Assembly (NCBI GenBank): GCA_016874055.1
Contig: VGVG01000001.1
Span: forward strand, 72,816-136,815
Direction: 5' to 3'
Origin: Gammaproteobacteria bacterium
GTDB taxonomy: Bacteria > Pseudomonadota > Gammaproteobacteria > Steroidobacterales > Steroidobacteraceae
DNA length: 64,000 bases
How positions within the stretch are numbered: position 1 is the first letter of the stretch; every line of letters begins with the position of its first letter. The translations under genes were made by a program, and so were the position numbers. The notes beneath the pieces were generated by a model. It saw only the letters and a program-made list of their open reading frames with translations. It was not told the origin of the DNA and did no database searches. Below, in pieces: positions 20,616 to 31,168 of the stretch.

Positions 20616-22002
20616 GCGACCTCCCGGAGGCTGTGCAGCGTTCTAGCGCCGCCAACAATTTTTCGTGTAATCCACCGAATCCGCCGTTCGACATGATCAG
20701 CGCGTGGTCTCCGTGGCGCAAGCGCTGCGCAAGTTCGGCGGCCAAACCGTCGATATCACCGGACAGGTGACCGCGGCTACCAAGCGAGCGTACGACTGTT
20801 CCGGCATCCCAACCAAGGTCAGACGGTACGTAGAACCAGACCTCGTCTGCGAGCGCGAGCGACGCCGCGAGCGTATCCTTGTAAATGCCGCGCTTCATGG
20901 TCGCTGAGCGCGGTTCAAGCACGGCAATGATGCGTTCACCGCCGACACGCTGCCGCAGACCTTCAAGAGTGGTGGCAATCGCCGTAGGGTGGTGGGCGAA
21001 ATCGTCGTAGACGTGAACGCCGCGTGCCGAGCCCCGAAACTCCATTCGTCGCTTGATGCCACGGAAGTCGCTGAGTGCTGCACAGGCGACATCGGACGGT
21101 ACGCCGACATGGCGTGCCGCAGCAATCGCAGCTAAAGCATTGTCGACGTTGTGACCGCCAATCTGCGACCAACGCACTCGGCCCACCACCGCGCCATCGA
21201 GCAACACTTCGAACTGTGATCCGTCAACCGGCGTGCCAACATGCGCACTCCATCTCGCCTCTGGAGCGCCATCGCGCCCAAAGGCCTCGCTTGGCGTCCA
21301 GCATCCCATTTCAAGAGTGCGTGCTAGATACGGATCCGTTGCGTGGTGCACGATTAACCCCGAGGCTGGTACCGTGCGCACGAGGTGATGGAACTGACGC
21401 TCGATCGCCGCCACGTCCTGATAGATGTCGGCGTGATCGAACTCGAGGTTATTGAGGATTACCGTGCGCGGGCGGTAGTGAATGAACTTCGCACGCTTGT
21501 CAAAGAAAGCCGTGTCGTACTCGTCGGCCTCTATGACGAAGAAGGGACGAGCACCGAGCCGTGCACTGATACCCAGATCGTGCGGTACACCGCCGATCAA
21601 AAATCCTGGTGAGAGCCCTGCGCATTCGAGGATCCAGGCGAGCATACCGGTCGTCGCGGTCTTGCCGTGCGTGCCCGCCACGGCCAGCACCCATCTTTGG
21701 TGCAGCACCTCTCTGGCAAGCCATTCCGGACCGGACTCGAAGGGAATCTGGCGCTCAAGCAGAGCTTCGATCACAGGCGTACCGCGCGTCATGACATTAC
21801 CAACCACAACGACATCAGGTGAAGGATCGAGTTGCGAGGTATCAAAGCCTTCGACGACCTCGATACCCAGTGCCGCGAGCTGATTACTCATCGGCGGATA
21901 GACATTTCGATCTGAGCCCGTGACGCGAAGTCCCAAGGCTTTAGCGATCGCCGCGACGCCGCCCATAAAGGCGCCGCAGATGCCAAGGATATGAACGTGC
22001 AT
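20599..22002 (-). CDS. mpl: UDP-N-acetylmuramate:L-alanyl-gamma-D-glutamyl-meso-DAP ligase
   Basis: MHVHILGICGAFMGGVAAIAKALG .. GTHGKTAT indicate the Mur ligase family in its Mpl-type layout. Confidence 0.88.
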   Translation of the reverse strand: MHVHILGICGAFMGGVAAIAKALGLRVTGSDRNVYPPMSNQLAALGIEVVEGFDTSQLDPSPDVVVVGNVMTRGTPVIEALLERQIPFESGPEWLAREVLHQRWVLAVAGTHGKTATTGMLAWILECAGLSPGFLIGGVPHDLGISARLGARPFFVIEADEYDTAFFDKRAKFIHYRPRTVILNNLEFDHADIYQDVAAIERQFHHLVRTVPASGLIVHHATDPYLARTLEMGCWTPSEAFGRDGAPEARWSAHVGTPVDGSQFEVLLDGAVVGRVRWSQIGGHNVDNALAAIAAARHVGVPSDVACAALSDFRGIKRRMEFRGSARGVHVYDDFAHHPTAIATTLEGLRQRVGGERIIAVLEPRSATMKRGIYKDTLAASLALADEVWFYVPSDLGWDAGTVVRSLGSRGHLSGDIDGLAAELAQRLRHGDHALIMSNGGFGGLHEKLLAALERCTASGRSHGAQK

Positions 22003-22004
22003 AA

Positions 22005-22535
22005 TCAGGCGTTAGGGCCACCAAGCCCGAGCGCGATCGTTAGAGCGAACACAAAGAATTCACCCAACAGGAACAGCACAACACATTGGAAGAGCGGGCG
22101 CTCAATGGCGGCACGCAAGATGCGTCCGTTGACGTAGATTAAATAAAGACTGATTATAAATGCGAAGAACGTCATCGGGGTCACGGTGACGGGCAGCCCC
22201 GACTCAGGTCGAGCCGTCACAAGTACCGGAATGGCGATTGGCGCAAAAGCACAGGCGATGCCGAGCACCGCTGAGCCGGTCTGCACGAAACGCTCAGGCT
22301 TACCGAAGAGTCGCAGCACAAGCGCAAGCCATCCGAGCGATACAAGACCCGACAGCAAGGCCTGAGGGAGCAAGGACCCCGCTGGTGCCAGTAGCCACGC
22401 GCCGAGGCTCGTCTGCAGCACGATAAGCAGGACGAACAGGCGGATCAGCAACGTCGGGGAGGTAGGCAGGTCCTCGGGTCCTGCGCGTAGGCTGAGAATT
22501 TCCAGAAAGGTTTTGATCGTAGACTTCATGAGCAT
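22005..22535 (-). CDS. Hypothetical inner-membrane protein (Yip1-like topology, 4-5 TM)
   Basis: A 176-aa hydrophobic ORF whose start lies 2 nt after the mpl stop. No motif was recognised. Confidence 0.5.
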   Translation of the reverse strand: MLMKSTIKTFLEILSLRAGPEDLPTSPTLLIRLFVLLIVLQTSLGAWLLAPAGSLLPQALLSGLVSLGWLALVLRLFGKPERFVQTGSAVLGIACAFAPIAIPVLVTARPESGLPVTVTPMTFFAFIISLYLIYVNGRILRAAIERPLFQCVVLFLLGEFFVFALTIALGLGGPNA

Positions 22536-22573
22536 CCGTTCCCCTTGCGTCTGAATTCTTGCATAGTCGGGTC

Positions 22574-23662
22574 ATGTCGTCGTCTTCCGCACTCATCGAG
22601 AGCCCCGCGGCCCTCAAGGACCTCGTCGGTCGACTTGACGGCGAGACGCTCGCGCTCGACACCGAATTCCTCCGCGAGCGCACCTATCGAGCCGAGCTTT
22701 GTCTGCTTCAGCTTTCCTCATCGAATGAAGCTGTCTGTGTGGATCCGCTCGCTCTCGCAGATCTAGGCCTATTGCGTCCTGCGCTTAGCATCGGCGGCCC
22801 AGTCAAGATCCTCCATGCCGGTCGACAAGACCTTGAGGTGCTCGCTCCCGTCATTGGCGTAATCGCACCCCTCTTCGACACGCAGATCGCGGCGGCGCTC
22901 TCCGGTTTTCCCGCACAAGTCGGTTACGCGGAACTGGTGCGACGTCTGCTTAATCGCGAGCTGCCGAAAGGCCAAACCCGAACCGACTGGTCGCGACGCC
23001 CGCTCTCCCCTGAACAAATCGAGTACGCGCTCGATGACGTACGTTATTTGCACGCCTTGCGTGATCGACTGCTCGGCGACCTCGCGCGCCTCGGTCGCGA
23101 AAGCTGGCTCAAAGAGGATCTCGAGGCCCTTCAAGATCCGAATCTGCTCATCCTTGATCCAGACAAAGTATGGCAAAGATTCAAAGGCACTCAGGGCTGG
23201 GACGAAGGACGCATGACTTTGCTGCGTACCTTAACCGCTTGGCGGGAGCGACGCGCCATATTAAAAAATAGACCGCGCGGCTGGATTCTTGATGACGCCG
23301 TGCTACGAGAAATCGTGCAGCGCGTTCCGCGTGATCGTGCCGAGCTCGCACAGATTCCCGGAATTCCCGAGGGTGTCGTTAAACATTCGAGTGACGAAAT
23401 CTTAGGACTCGTCGCGAGTGCTCGAATCGATAATCCGACTCCGCCCCTTCCACGACGCCAACGCCCCGATCCGGCACTCCTCGCACGAACAAAACGACTC
23501 TCACAGGTCGTCCAAGCGCTTGCGCAAGAGCTCGCGATCGCGCCCGAAGTTTTTGCGACCCGCAAAGATCTCGAGGAGATTGCGCGCGGCGAAGATGCCG
23601 CTCGGACGCTGTGTGGTTGGCGCGCCGAATTACTCACCGAGCGTTTACGCGCAGCACTGTAA
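22574..23662 (+). CDS. rnd: Ribonuclease D
   Basis: Has the DEDD exonuclease motifs (LALDTEFLRERTY, YALDDVRYL) and an HRDC-like C-terminus. I prefer the ATG at 22574 over the TTG at 22559. Confidence 0.88.
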   Translation: MSSSSALIESPAALKDLVGRLDGETLALDTEFLRERTYRAELCLLQLSSSNEAVCVDPLALADLGLLRPALSIGGPVKILHAGRQDLEVLAPVIGVIAPLFDTQIAAALSGFPAQVGYAELVRRLLNRELPKGQTRTDWSRRPLSPEQIEYALDDVRYLHALRDRLLGDLARLGRESWLKEDLEALQDPNLLILDPDKVWQRFKGTQGWDEGRMTLLRTLTAWRERRAILKNRPRGWILDDAVLREIVQRVPRDRAELAQIPGIPEGVVKHSSDEILGLVASARIDNPTPPLPRRQRPDPALLARTKRLSQVVQALAQELAIAPEVFATRKDLEEIARGEDAARTLCGWRAELLTERLRAAL

Positions 23663-24301
23663 CGCCGCTTCGACTCGCGCCGTCACTTCGGAGAGCGATG
23701 CATCGGCCTGAACAGTTTTCAACATGCCACGCTCGCGATAAAAATCGACTAGTGGCGCAGTCTGTACCTCGTACACCTCGAGACGCTTGGCGACCGTATC
23801 TTCGGCGTCATCGGGTCGCTGCAAGAGTCGCGGCGTCGCGCACTGCCCGTTGCAGGGCGGTGGCACTGGGGCTGGTGCCACGTGAACATTGAACACGCGA
23901 CCGCAGTCCTGGCAACTGCGACGACCCGAGATGCGCTTGACGAGCAAAGCCGAGTCGACGTCGAACAAAATGACCGCATTCAGCGGCTTGCCAATTTCGG
24001 CAAGCATCGTCTCGAGCCCATAGGCTTGCGGAATGGTGCGCGGAAACCCGTCAAGGATGAACCCGCGTGCGGCATCCGCCTCGGAGAAGCGTTCGCGAAC
24101 CATGCTGAGGATCGTCACGTCGTCGACAAGCTGGCCGGCATCCATGACCGACTTTGCACGACGGCCCAATTCGGTAACTTCACGAACGTGCGCGCGCAGT
24201 AAATCTCCCGTAGAGATTTGCGGGATTCCGTGGCGTTCAACGAGGCGTTGAGCCTGGGTGCCCTTGCCGGACCCCGGGGCCCCGAGAAAGATAATTCTCA
24301 T
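23645..24301 (-). CDS. adk: Adenylate kinase (Cys-containing lid)
   Basis: MRIIFLGAPGSGKGTQAQRL. The lid reads CQDCGRVFN..PCNGQC. Confidence 0.92.
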   Translation of the reverse strand: MRIIFLGAPGSGKGTQAQRLVERHGIPQISTGDLLRAHVREVTELGRRAKSVMDAGQLVDDVTILSMVRERFSEADAARGFILDGFPRTIPQAYGLETMLAEIGKPLNAVILFDVDSALLVKRISGRRSCQDCGRVFNVHVAPAPVPPPCNGQCATPRLLQRPDDAEDTVAKRLEVYEVQTAPLVDFYRERGMLKTVQADASLSEVTARVEAALQCCA

Positions 24302-24388
24302 TAAATGATAAATCTTCTCAACTCGCGACAGCGGTCACAGTACCGGGACGATTTCGGCAGGTCAAACCCTGCGCTATGCTCGCCGCCC

Positions 24389-25657
24389 ATGAAAAAGAAC
24401 AAGCCCCGCAATGCTTTGTACGCCCAGTCCGGCGGCGTCACCGCCGTCATCAATGCCTCGGCCGCGGGCGTCATCGAGGCCGCCGCCCGCTACCCCAAAG
24501 TCATCGGGAAGGTCTATGCCGGACACCATGGCATCGTCGGTGCCCTCGAAGAAGACTTGATCGACTGCTCAAAAGAAAGCAAATCGGCGATTGCAGGCCT
24601 GCGACACACGCCGTCCGGTGCCTTCGGATCGGCCCGCTTTAAGCTTAAAGGTCTCGACAAAAATCGAGTTGAGTATGAGCGGTTGATACAGATCTTCAAG
24701 GCCCATGACATTGGATACTTTTTCTACAACGGCGGTAACGACTCCATGGATACGGCGCATAAAGTGGCGCAAATGGGTGAGCAGTTCGGCTATCCCATCA
24801 CCTGTATCGGCGTTCCGAAGACCGTCGACAATGATCTGCCCTTCACCGACGCATCTCCCGGCTTCGGCTCGGTCGCCAAATACATCGCAATCTCGACGCT
24901 CGAAGCCTCGCTCGACGTCGCTTCGATGGCACGTACCTCGACCAAAGTATTCGTGATGGAAGTCATGGGTCGTCACGCCGGTTGGATCGCTGCAGCGGGC
25001 GGTCTCGCAGGCAAGGGTCGAGACGCGGCACCCCACATCATCCTGTTTCCGGAAATCGCCTTCGATCAAAAGGCCTTCCTGAAGCGCGTCAAAGAAACCG
25101 TCGATCGCATCGGGTATTGCGTGATCGTAGTCTCTGAGGGCACCGCGTATGCCGACGGTCGCTTCCTAGCTGATGCCGGCACCAAAGATGCGTTCGGTCA
25201 CACTCAGCTCGGTGGCGTCGGTCCAGTCGTAGCTAACATGGTGCGCGAAGCCCATGGCTATAAATATCATTGGGCCGTCGCCGATTACCTGCAACGCGCT
25301 GCGAGGCACATCGCCTCGAAGGTCGACGTCGAGCAGGCCTACGCCATGGGTCAGGCTGCCGTCGAGCTCGCAGTCAAAGGTCACAACGCCGTCATGCCTA
25401 TCGTCGTACGCAAGTCATCGAAGCCCTATCGCTGGACGGTGGGTCACGTGCCGCTCGCAAAGGTCGCCAACGTCGAGAAGAAAGTCCCGCGCGACTTCAT
25501 CACGCCCGACGGCTTCGGCATCACCGAGACATGCCGTCGCTATCTGCTGCCTCTCATTGGCGGTGGTGATCCGCCGCCGTACAAAGACGGTCTGCCGGTG
25601 TACGTCAAACTCAAGGGCGTCGCAGTTCGCAAGAAACTGCCGCCGTTCAAGGTCTAA
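24389..25657 (+). CDS. pfp: Pyrophosphate-dependent 6-phosphofructokinase (PPi-PFK)
   Basis: PFK family. GGNDS replaces the GGDGS of ATP-PFKs, and PKTVDND replaces PGTIDND. These Asp and Lys residues are the classic PPi-type signature. The ATG at 24389 was verified. Confidence 0.8.
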   Translation: MKKNKPRNALYAQSGGVTAVINASAAGVIEAAARYPKVIGKVYAGHHGIVGALEEDLIDCSKESKSAIAGLRHTPSGAFGSARFKLKGLDKNRVEYERLIQIFKAHDIGYFFYNGGNDSMDTAHKVAQMGEQFGYPITCIGVPKTVDNDLPFTDASPGFGSVAKYIAISTLEASLDVASMARTSTKVFVMEVMGRHAGWIAAAGGLAGKGRDAAPHIILFPEIAFDQKAFLKRVKETVDRIGYCVIVVSEGTAYADGRFLADAGTKDAFGHTQLGGVGPVVANMVREAHGYKYHWAVADYLQRAARHIASKVDVEQAYAMGQAAVELAVKGHNAVMPIVVRKSSKPYRWTVGHVPLAKVANVEKKVPRDFITPDGFGITETCRRYLLPLIGGGDPPPYKDGLPVYVKLKGVAVRKKLPPFKV

Positions 25658-25762
25658 CGGCCCACCTCGGCAGCCGGCCGGGGCGCCGCCGTCGCTGTGC
25701 TACATTTCGCCGCTTTTTTAATTACGTTATGACTACGAATTCTTTCAGGGGGACTACTCAAG

Positions 25763-27796
25763 ATGGACGTTAATTTTTGGCTCTGGATCGCCATGAACGC
25801 CGGAGTTATTGCGGTCATTTACGGCGCGGTGTCGGCCGCTTCGATCAACTCGCTGCCCGCCGGCAACGCCCGCATGCAGGAAATCGCCGCCGCCATTCAG
25901 GCTGGCGCCGAGGCCTATCTCAATCGTCAGTACACCACCATCGCCATCGTCGGCGTCGTCCTCTGCCTCGTGCTGGGCCTCGCCCTCGACTGGGTCACCG
26001 CGGGCGGTTTCGCGGTTGGCGCCGTCCTCTCGGGTCTTGCCGGCTTCATTGGCATGAACGTCTCGGTGCGCGCCAACGTTCGCACTGCAGAGGCTGCGAG
26101 TAACGGCCTCAACGCCGCGCTGCAGGTTGCCTTCAAAGGTGGCGCGGTGACGGGCATGCTGGTCGTCGGTCTTGGCCTGCTTGGCGTCGCCGGGTATTAC
26201 CTCGCGGTGCGCGGTCTGGTCGGTGACGAACATGCACTGCGCTCGCTGGTGGGCCTCGCTTTCGGCGGCTCGCTGATCTCCATCTTCGCGCGTCTCGGCG
26301 GCGGCATTTTCACCAAGGGTGCGGATGTTGGTGCCGATCTCGTCGGTAAGGTCGAAGCCGGCATTCCCGAGGACGATCCGCGCAACCCGGCGGTGATCGC
26401 CGATAACGTCGGTGACAACGTCGGTGACTGCGCTGGCATGGCGGCCGACTTGTTCGAAACCTACGCGGTCACGCTGGTCGCAACCATGTTGCTTGGCGGC
26501 CTGATGCTCGCCAGCAGCGACGGCGCCGCGGTGATGTACCCGCTCGCCCTTGGCGCCGCGTCCATCGTCGCCTCGATTGTCGGCACCTTCTTCGTGAAGG
26601 TCAGCGACGGGGGCAAGATCATGAACGCGCTCTACAAGGGCGTGATTGTCTCGGGCGTCATCTCGGCCATTGCCTTCTGGTTCATCACGCAGACGCTGAT
26701 GCCCAACAACTTCATGGGCTTGTTCGGCTGCACGCTGATCGGGCTTGCGCTCACCGCCGCAATGATCGTGATCACCGAGTACTACACCGCGACCGAGTAC
26801 AGCCCGGTGCGCAAAGTCGCCGAAGCGTCTCAGACGGGGCACGCGACCAACATGATCGCCGGTCTTGGCGTGTCGATGAAATCGACCGCCCTGCCGGTCA
26901 TCACAGTCTGCGCCGCCATCTGGGGTGCGTTCACGCTCGAGGGTCTTTATGGCATCGCAATCGCTGCGACCGCCATGCTCTCTCTCACGGGGATGATCGT
27001 CGCGCTCGATGCCTACGGTCCGATCACGGACAACGCCGGTGGCATCGCCGAGATGTCGGGCCTCGACAAGAAGATCCGCAACATCACCGATCCGCTCGAC
27101 GCCGTGGGTAACACGACGAAGGCCGTCACCAAAGGTTACGCGATCGGCTCAGCCGGGCTCGCCGCCCTCGTGCTCTTCGCTGACTACACGCACAAGCTCG
27201 AAGACGCCGGCAAACTCGTCGACTTCTCGCTCTCTGATCCAGCCGTAATTATCGGTCTCTTCATTGGCGGTCTCGTACCCTATCTTTTCGCCGCGATGGC
27301 GATGGAAGCGGTCGGTCGCGCAGCGGGCTCGGTCGTGACGGAAGTCCGACGTCAGTTCCGCGAGATCAAGGGCATCATGGAAGGCACGGCGAAGCCCGAC
27401 TACTCCAAGGCCGTCGACCTTCTGACGAAGGCGGCGATCAAAGAAATGGTCGTGCCGTCGTTGCTGCCGATCCTCGTACCGGTCGTGGTGGCCTTCGGCA
27501 TTAACGCGTTGATGGGCCCGGGCGAAGGCATCAAGGCCTTGGGCGGTCTACTCATCGGCACCATCGTCACCGGTCTCTTCGTGGCGATCTCCATGTGCAC
27601 TGGTGGCGGTGCCTGGGATAACGCCAAGAAGTACATCGAGGAAGGCAACTTCGGTGGGAAGGGTTCCGCAGCCCACAAGGCTGCGGTCACTGGTGACACC
27701 GTCGGCGATCCGTATAAGGATACCGCAGGCCCAGCCATCAACCCTCTGATCAAGATCATCAACATCGTTGCACTACTGCTAGTGCCGCTGCTCTAA
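25763..27796 (+). CDS. hppA: Membrane-bound H+-translocating pyrophosphatase, K+-independent type
   Basis: A 677-aa polytopic protein with the [19 protein letters not shown] and [14 protein letters not shown] motifs. DAVGNTTKA carries the Lys that marks K+-independent enzymes. Confidence 0.92.
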   Translation: MDVNFWLWIAMNAGVIAVIYGAVSAASINSLPAGNARMQEIAAAIQAGAEAYLNRQYTTIAIVGVVLCLVLGLALDWVTAGGFAVGAVLSGLAGFIGMNVSVRANVRTAEAASNGLNAALQVAFKGGAVTGMLVVGLGLLGVAGYYLAVRGLVGDEHALRSLVGLAFGGSLISIFARLGGGIFTKGADVGADLVGKVEAGIPEDDPRNPAVIADNVGDNVGDCAGMAADLFETYAVTLVATMLLGGLMLASSDGAAVMYPLALGAASIVASIVGTFFVKVSDGGKIMNALYKGVIVSGVISAIAFWFITQTLMPNNFMGLFGCTLIGLALTAAMIVITEYYTATEYSPVRKVAEASQTGHATNMIAGLGVSMKSTALPVITVCAAIWGAFTLEGLYGIAIAATAMLSLTGMIVALDAYGPITDNAGGIAEMSGLDKKIRNITDPLDAVGNTTKAVTKGYAIGSAGLAALVLFADYTHKLEDAGKLVDFSLSDPAVIIGLFIGGLVPYLFAAMAMEAVGRAAGSVVTEVRRQFREIKGIMEGTAKPDYSKAVDLLTKAAIKEMVVPSLLPILVPVVVAFGINALMGPGEGIKALGGLLIGTIVTGLFVAISMCTGGGAWDNAKKYIEEGNFGGKGSAAHKAAVTGDTVGDPYKDTAGPAINPLIKIINIVALLLVPLL

Positions 27797-27825
27797 GATT
27801 GCGACGATAGGGTGTCGATTCCCTG

Positions 27826-27857
27826 AAAGCCCCGCCCTTCGGCGGGGCTTTTTTTTT
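27826..27857 (+). terminator. Rho-independent terminator after hppA
   Basis: AGCCCCGCC-cttc-GGCGGGGCT followed by T9. Confidence 0.9.
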
Positions 27858-27882
27858 GACGAGCGATCAGTCGGACCACCGA

Positions 27883-28317
27883 TCAGTAAATTTTTCCGGG
27901 CTCGCCGATGCGCACCCGATAGGCGCCAGGCGGTTCGCGCGGTTCGTCGCCATCGCGCATGGGTACGGTGACGTTCGGGTCGGGCAGCAGCAGTCGCCAG
28001 CTCTTGGTCGGATTGCGCAGGCCCCAGAACAAACCGCCGAGCCCTTGGGGCACGGCCTTATGATCGGGCAACTCTCCCGGTTGGCGACGACCACGAACGA
28101 TGACCTCGTCGACCTCGGCGGGCAAAGGCAGGAACCATTCTTTGGGCGCCATGAAGGTGTTGAGCCGACCGATCGACAGATCGAGGGGTTTATGAGGAGG
28201 CGCAGGGCCGGCCGCTGGCGGCTCTGCCATGGCCAGAGGCATGCACAGAACTACGGTGATTGCGCAAGATCTTGCAAATACTGTGCGGACGGATACATTG
28301 TTCGCCGCTGACTTCAA
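27883..28317 (-). CDS. Small hypothetical protein, probably secreted
   Basis: With the TTG start at 28315-28317 the N-terminus is a signal peptide (KSAANNVSVRTVFARSCAITVVLCMPLAMA/EPP). An alternative ATG at 28242 gives no signal. No family was recognised. Confidence 0.45.
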   Translation of the reverse strand: MKSAANNVSVRTVFARSCAITVVLCMPLAMAEPPAAGPAPPHKPLDLSIGRLNTFMAPKEWFLPLPAEVDEVIVRGRRQPGELPDHKAVPQGLGGLFWGLRNPTKSWRLLLPDPNVTVPMRDGDEPREPPGAYRVRIGEPGKIY

Positions 28318-28333
28318 GCTTGGAGTGTCTCCT

Positions 28334-31168
28334 GTGCGCAATCTCGTCTCCCGCCTCACCTTGGCGTTGGCCGCGTCCGCCTTGGCGTTTGCCATCCCCG
28401 TCGGCCTTGCTGCGGATAAGCCTGCAGCTGCGCGTGGGGCGAGCAGTCCTTGCTTCGCGATCGGACGACTTTCTGTATGCCTTGCTGATAGGGTCGAGTC
28501 AACCCGACTCGCACTGCCGGAGAGGATCACCTCCGTCGAGGGCATCACCGAGTACCGCCTTGCGAACGGCATGAAGGTCCTGCTTTTCCCGGATCCATCT
28601 AAGTCCACCATCACCGTCAACATCACCTACCTCGTCGGTTCGCGCCACGAAGGTTACGGCGAAAGCGGTATGGCGCACCTGTTAGAGCACATGGTGTTTA
28701 AGGGGACGCCGCGCTTTCCGAATATCCCGCAAGAGCTAACCTCGCGCGGTGCGCGCCCGAACGGTACAACTTGGTACGACCGTACCAATTACTTTGAAAC
28801 CTTCGCGGCGACGGACGACAACTTGCGCTGGGCCCTCGATCTCGAGAGCGACCGCATGATCAATTCCTTCATCAAGGAAGAGGATCTGCGCAGCGAATTT
28901 TCTGTCGTACGCAACGAGTTCGAGTCGGGCGAGAACGATCCGGGCGGCGTGCTGCTTGAGCGCGTGATGTCAACGGCTTACCTCTGGCACAACTACGGCA
29001 AGTCGACGATCGGTTCGCGCGAAGACATCGAGCGCGTACCCATCGACAACCTGCGTGCGTTTTACAAGAAGTACTACCAGCCCGATAATGCCGTGCTCAC
29101 CGTCGCCGGCAAGATCGACGAAGCGAAGACCATCGGCTGGATCAACGAATTCTTCGGCAAGATCCCGCGTCCGACCCGCGTGCTGCAACCGACTTACACG
29201 GTCGAACCGACACAAGATGGCGAGCGCCATGTCGTGCTGCGTCGCGTCGGCGATTTGCAAGTCACCTCAGCGGGCTATCACATTCCTCCGGGCGGACACC
29301 CCGACTTCGCCGCCGTTCAAGCGCTCGCGGATGTACTGACGAACGAACCCTCCGGTCGCCTTTACAAGGCGCTCGTCGAAACGGGCAAGGCAAGCAGCGT
29401 CGACGGGTTCGCATTCGGTCTCAAAGATCCGGGCTACATGTATTTCGCGGCGGAAGTCTTGAAGGACAAACTCGTCGCCGATGCCACGCATACGATGCTC
29501 GCCGTACTCGACGGTATGAAGTCGCAGCCGGTCACCGAGGAAGAAGTCGCTCGTGCTCGCAACAAGTTCCTGCGCTTCTTCGAACAGACGTACAACAACA
29601 GCGATCGCGTGGGCCTGGGTCTCTCCGAATACATCGCCAGAGGTGATTGGCGCTTGTGGTTCCTCTCGCGCGACCAGATGGAGAAAGTCACTGCAGCCGA
29701 CGTCAATCGTGCCGCTGCGACCTATCTCAAATCCGCTAATCGCACGACCGGTTTGTTCCTGCCCGATGCGGCCCCGGATCGATCCGCGATTCCGCAGACT
29801 CCGGATCCGACCGTCATCCTCAAAGATTACCAAGGCAAACAGGCGCTCAAGCAGGCGGAGGTCTTCGATCCTTCGCCGGCTAACATCGTCTCGCGCACCC
29901 GTACCGAGACTTTCCCGGGCGGTGCGGAATACAGCTCCCTCAGCAAGTCGACGCGTGGCAGCTCAGTCAACGTTTCGATGACGTTGCGAGTGGGTAGCCT
30001 CGCCTCGCTTGAAGGCAAAGCCACCACTGCGGAACTGACGGCAGCGATGCTGCGGCGCGGTACGAAGAACCGTACGCTGCAGCAGATCAAAGACGAGCTC
30101 GACAAACTCAAATCGTCGGTCGGCATTGGCGGTGGCGGGCAGAACGTCACGGTGAACATCACCTCGACCCGCGAGAATCTCGTGCCGACGCTCGAGATCG
30201 TGGGGGACATCCTGCGTAATCCGGTGTTCCCTGAGGCCGAACTCACCAAGCTGCGCGACGAAGTGCTGGCGGCGATCGAGCAGCAACGTAGCGAGCCGCA
30301 GGCGATCGCGGCACAGGAGATCAATCGCATCAGCTCGCCCTTCCCGGCCAATGATTTCCGGCGCACGCTCAGCTTCGATGAGCAGGCAGCAGCCGTGCGG
30401 GCCGTGACGGCCGCAGACTTGCGCAAGTTCCATGACGAGTTCTACGGCGCCAGTCGCGCGACCGCCGCAGTCGTCGGTGATTTCGACGAAAACATGGTGC
30501 GCTCGGCACTCGGCGCCATTCTCGCGGGCTGGAACGCGAAAATGCCGTACGAGCGTGCCGTTTCGCCGTACTTCGACGTGCCGGCGATGGTCCGCAAGAT
30601 CAACACGCCGGACAAGGCGAACGCGGCAATGATCGCGGGCGTGAACCTCGAACTGCGGGACGACAACGCGGACTACCCGGCGCTCGTGCTCGCCAACTAC
30701 ATGCTGGGGGGTGGCTTCCTCAACTCGCGTCTTGCGGTGCGCATCCGTCAAAAAGAAGGCATCAGCTACGGCGTGTCGTCCTTCCTGACGGCAGACCCGC
30801 TCGACAAGGACGGTAACTTCGGTACATTCGCGATCTATAACCCGGAAAACTCAGCGCGCCTTATCGCCGCATACCGAGAGGAGCTGGCGAAAATCCTGAC
30901 CGAGGGTTACGGCGAGACGGAGCTTCGCGACGCTAAGAACGGTTGGCTGCAAAGCCGCGGCGTCAGCCGCTCGCAGGATCGGGAACTCGTGGGTCGCCTC
31001 GCGAGTTATTTGTTCCTCGAGCGCACGCTCGAATGGGACGCCGACTTTGAGAAGCGCGTCGCCGCACTGACCGTAGCCGAGGTCAACGCCGCTGTGAAGC
31101 ACTGGATCAAGCCCGACACGATCAGCATCGTCGAGGCCGGCGACTTCGCGAAGAGCGCTGCGAAATAG
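28334..31168 (+). CDS. M16-family zinc metallopeptidase (fused two-unit pitrilysin/PqqL-like), secreted
   Basis: Has the HLLEHMVFKGT inverted zinc motif and is about 945 aa. The GTG at 28334 is preceded by GGAG and followed by a signal peptide (LTLALAASALAFAIPVGLAA). Confidence 0.85.
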   Translation: MRNLVSRLTLALAASALAFAIPVGLAADKPAAARGASSPCFAIGRLSVCLADRVESTRLALPERITSVEGITEYRLANGMKVLLFPDPSKSTITVNITYLVGSRHEGYGESGMAHLLEHMVFKGTPRFPNIPQELTSRGARPNGTTWYDRTNYFETFAATDDNLRWALDLESDRMINSFIKEEDLRSEFSVVRNEFESGENDPGGVLLERVMSTAYLWHNYGKSTIGSREDIERVPIDNLRAFYKKYYQPDNAVLTVAGKIDEAKTIGWINEFFGKIPRPTRVLQPTYTVEPTQDGERHVVLRRVGDLQVTSAGYHIPPGGHPDFAAVQALADVLTNEPSGRLYKALVETGKASSVDGFAFGLKDPGYMYFAAEVLKDKLVADATHTMLAVLDGMKSQPVTEEEVARARNKFLRFFEQTYNNSDRVGLGLSEYIARGDWRLWFLSRDQMEKVTAADVNRAAATYLKSANRTTGLFLPDAAPDRSAIPQTPDPTVILKDYQGKQALKQAEVFDPSPANIVSRTRTETFPGGAEYSSLSKSTRGSSVNVSMTLRVGSLASLEGKATTAELTAAMLRRGTKNRTLQQIKDELDKLKSSVGIGGGGQNVTVNITSTRENLVPTLEIVGDILRNPVFPEAELTKLRDEVLAAIEQQRSEPQAIAAQEINRISSPFPANDFRRTLSFDEQAAAVRAVTAADLRKFHDEFYGASRATAAVVGDFDENMVRSALGAILAGWNAKMPYERAVSPYFDVPAMVRKINTPDKANAAMIAGVNLELRDDNADYPALVLANYMLGGGFLNSRLAVRIRQKEGISYGVSSFLTADPLDKDGNFGTFAIYNPENSARLIAAYREELAKILTEGYGETELRDAKNGWLQSRGVSRSQDRELVGRLASYLFLERTLEWDADFEKRVAALTVAEVNAAVKHWIKPDTISIVEAGDFAKSAAK

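Noticed and set aside
23645-24301. The Cys-rich lid of adenylate kinase (C-x2-C-x16-C-x3-C) as something novel
   Set aside because: Zinc-binding lid variants of Adk are well known. Only the x3 spacing is slightly unusual, and that is not enough for a finding.
25754-26842. The long 362-aa ORF antisense to hppA, and similar ORFs (54998-56413 antisense to groEL, 16683-17429 antisense to ahcY, 60181-60735 antisense to accC, 29963-30751 antisense to the M16 gene, 46961-47821 and 7962-8681)
   Set aside because: These are typical GC-rich antisense artefacts. They have Arg/Gly/His-rich low-complexity translations and no recognisable motifs, and each lies fully inside a well-supported gene on the other strand.
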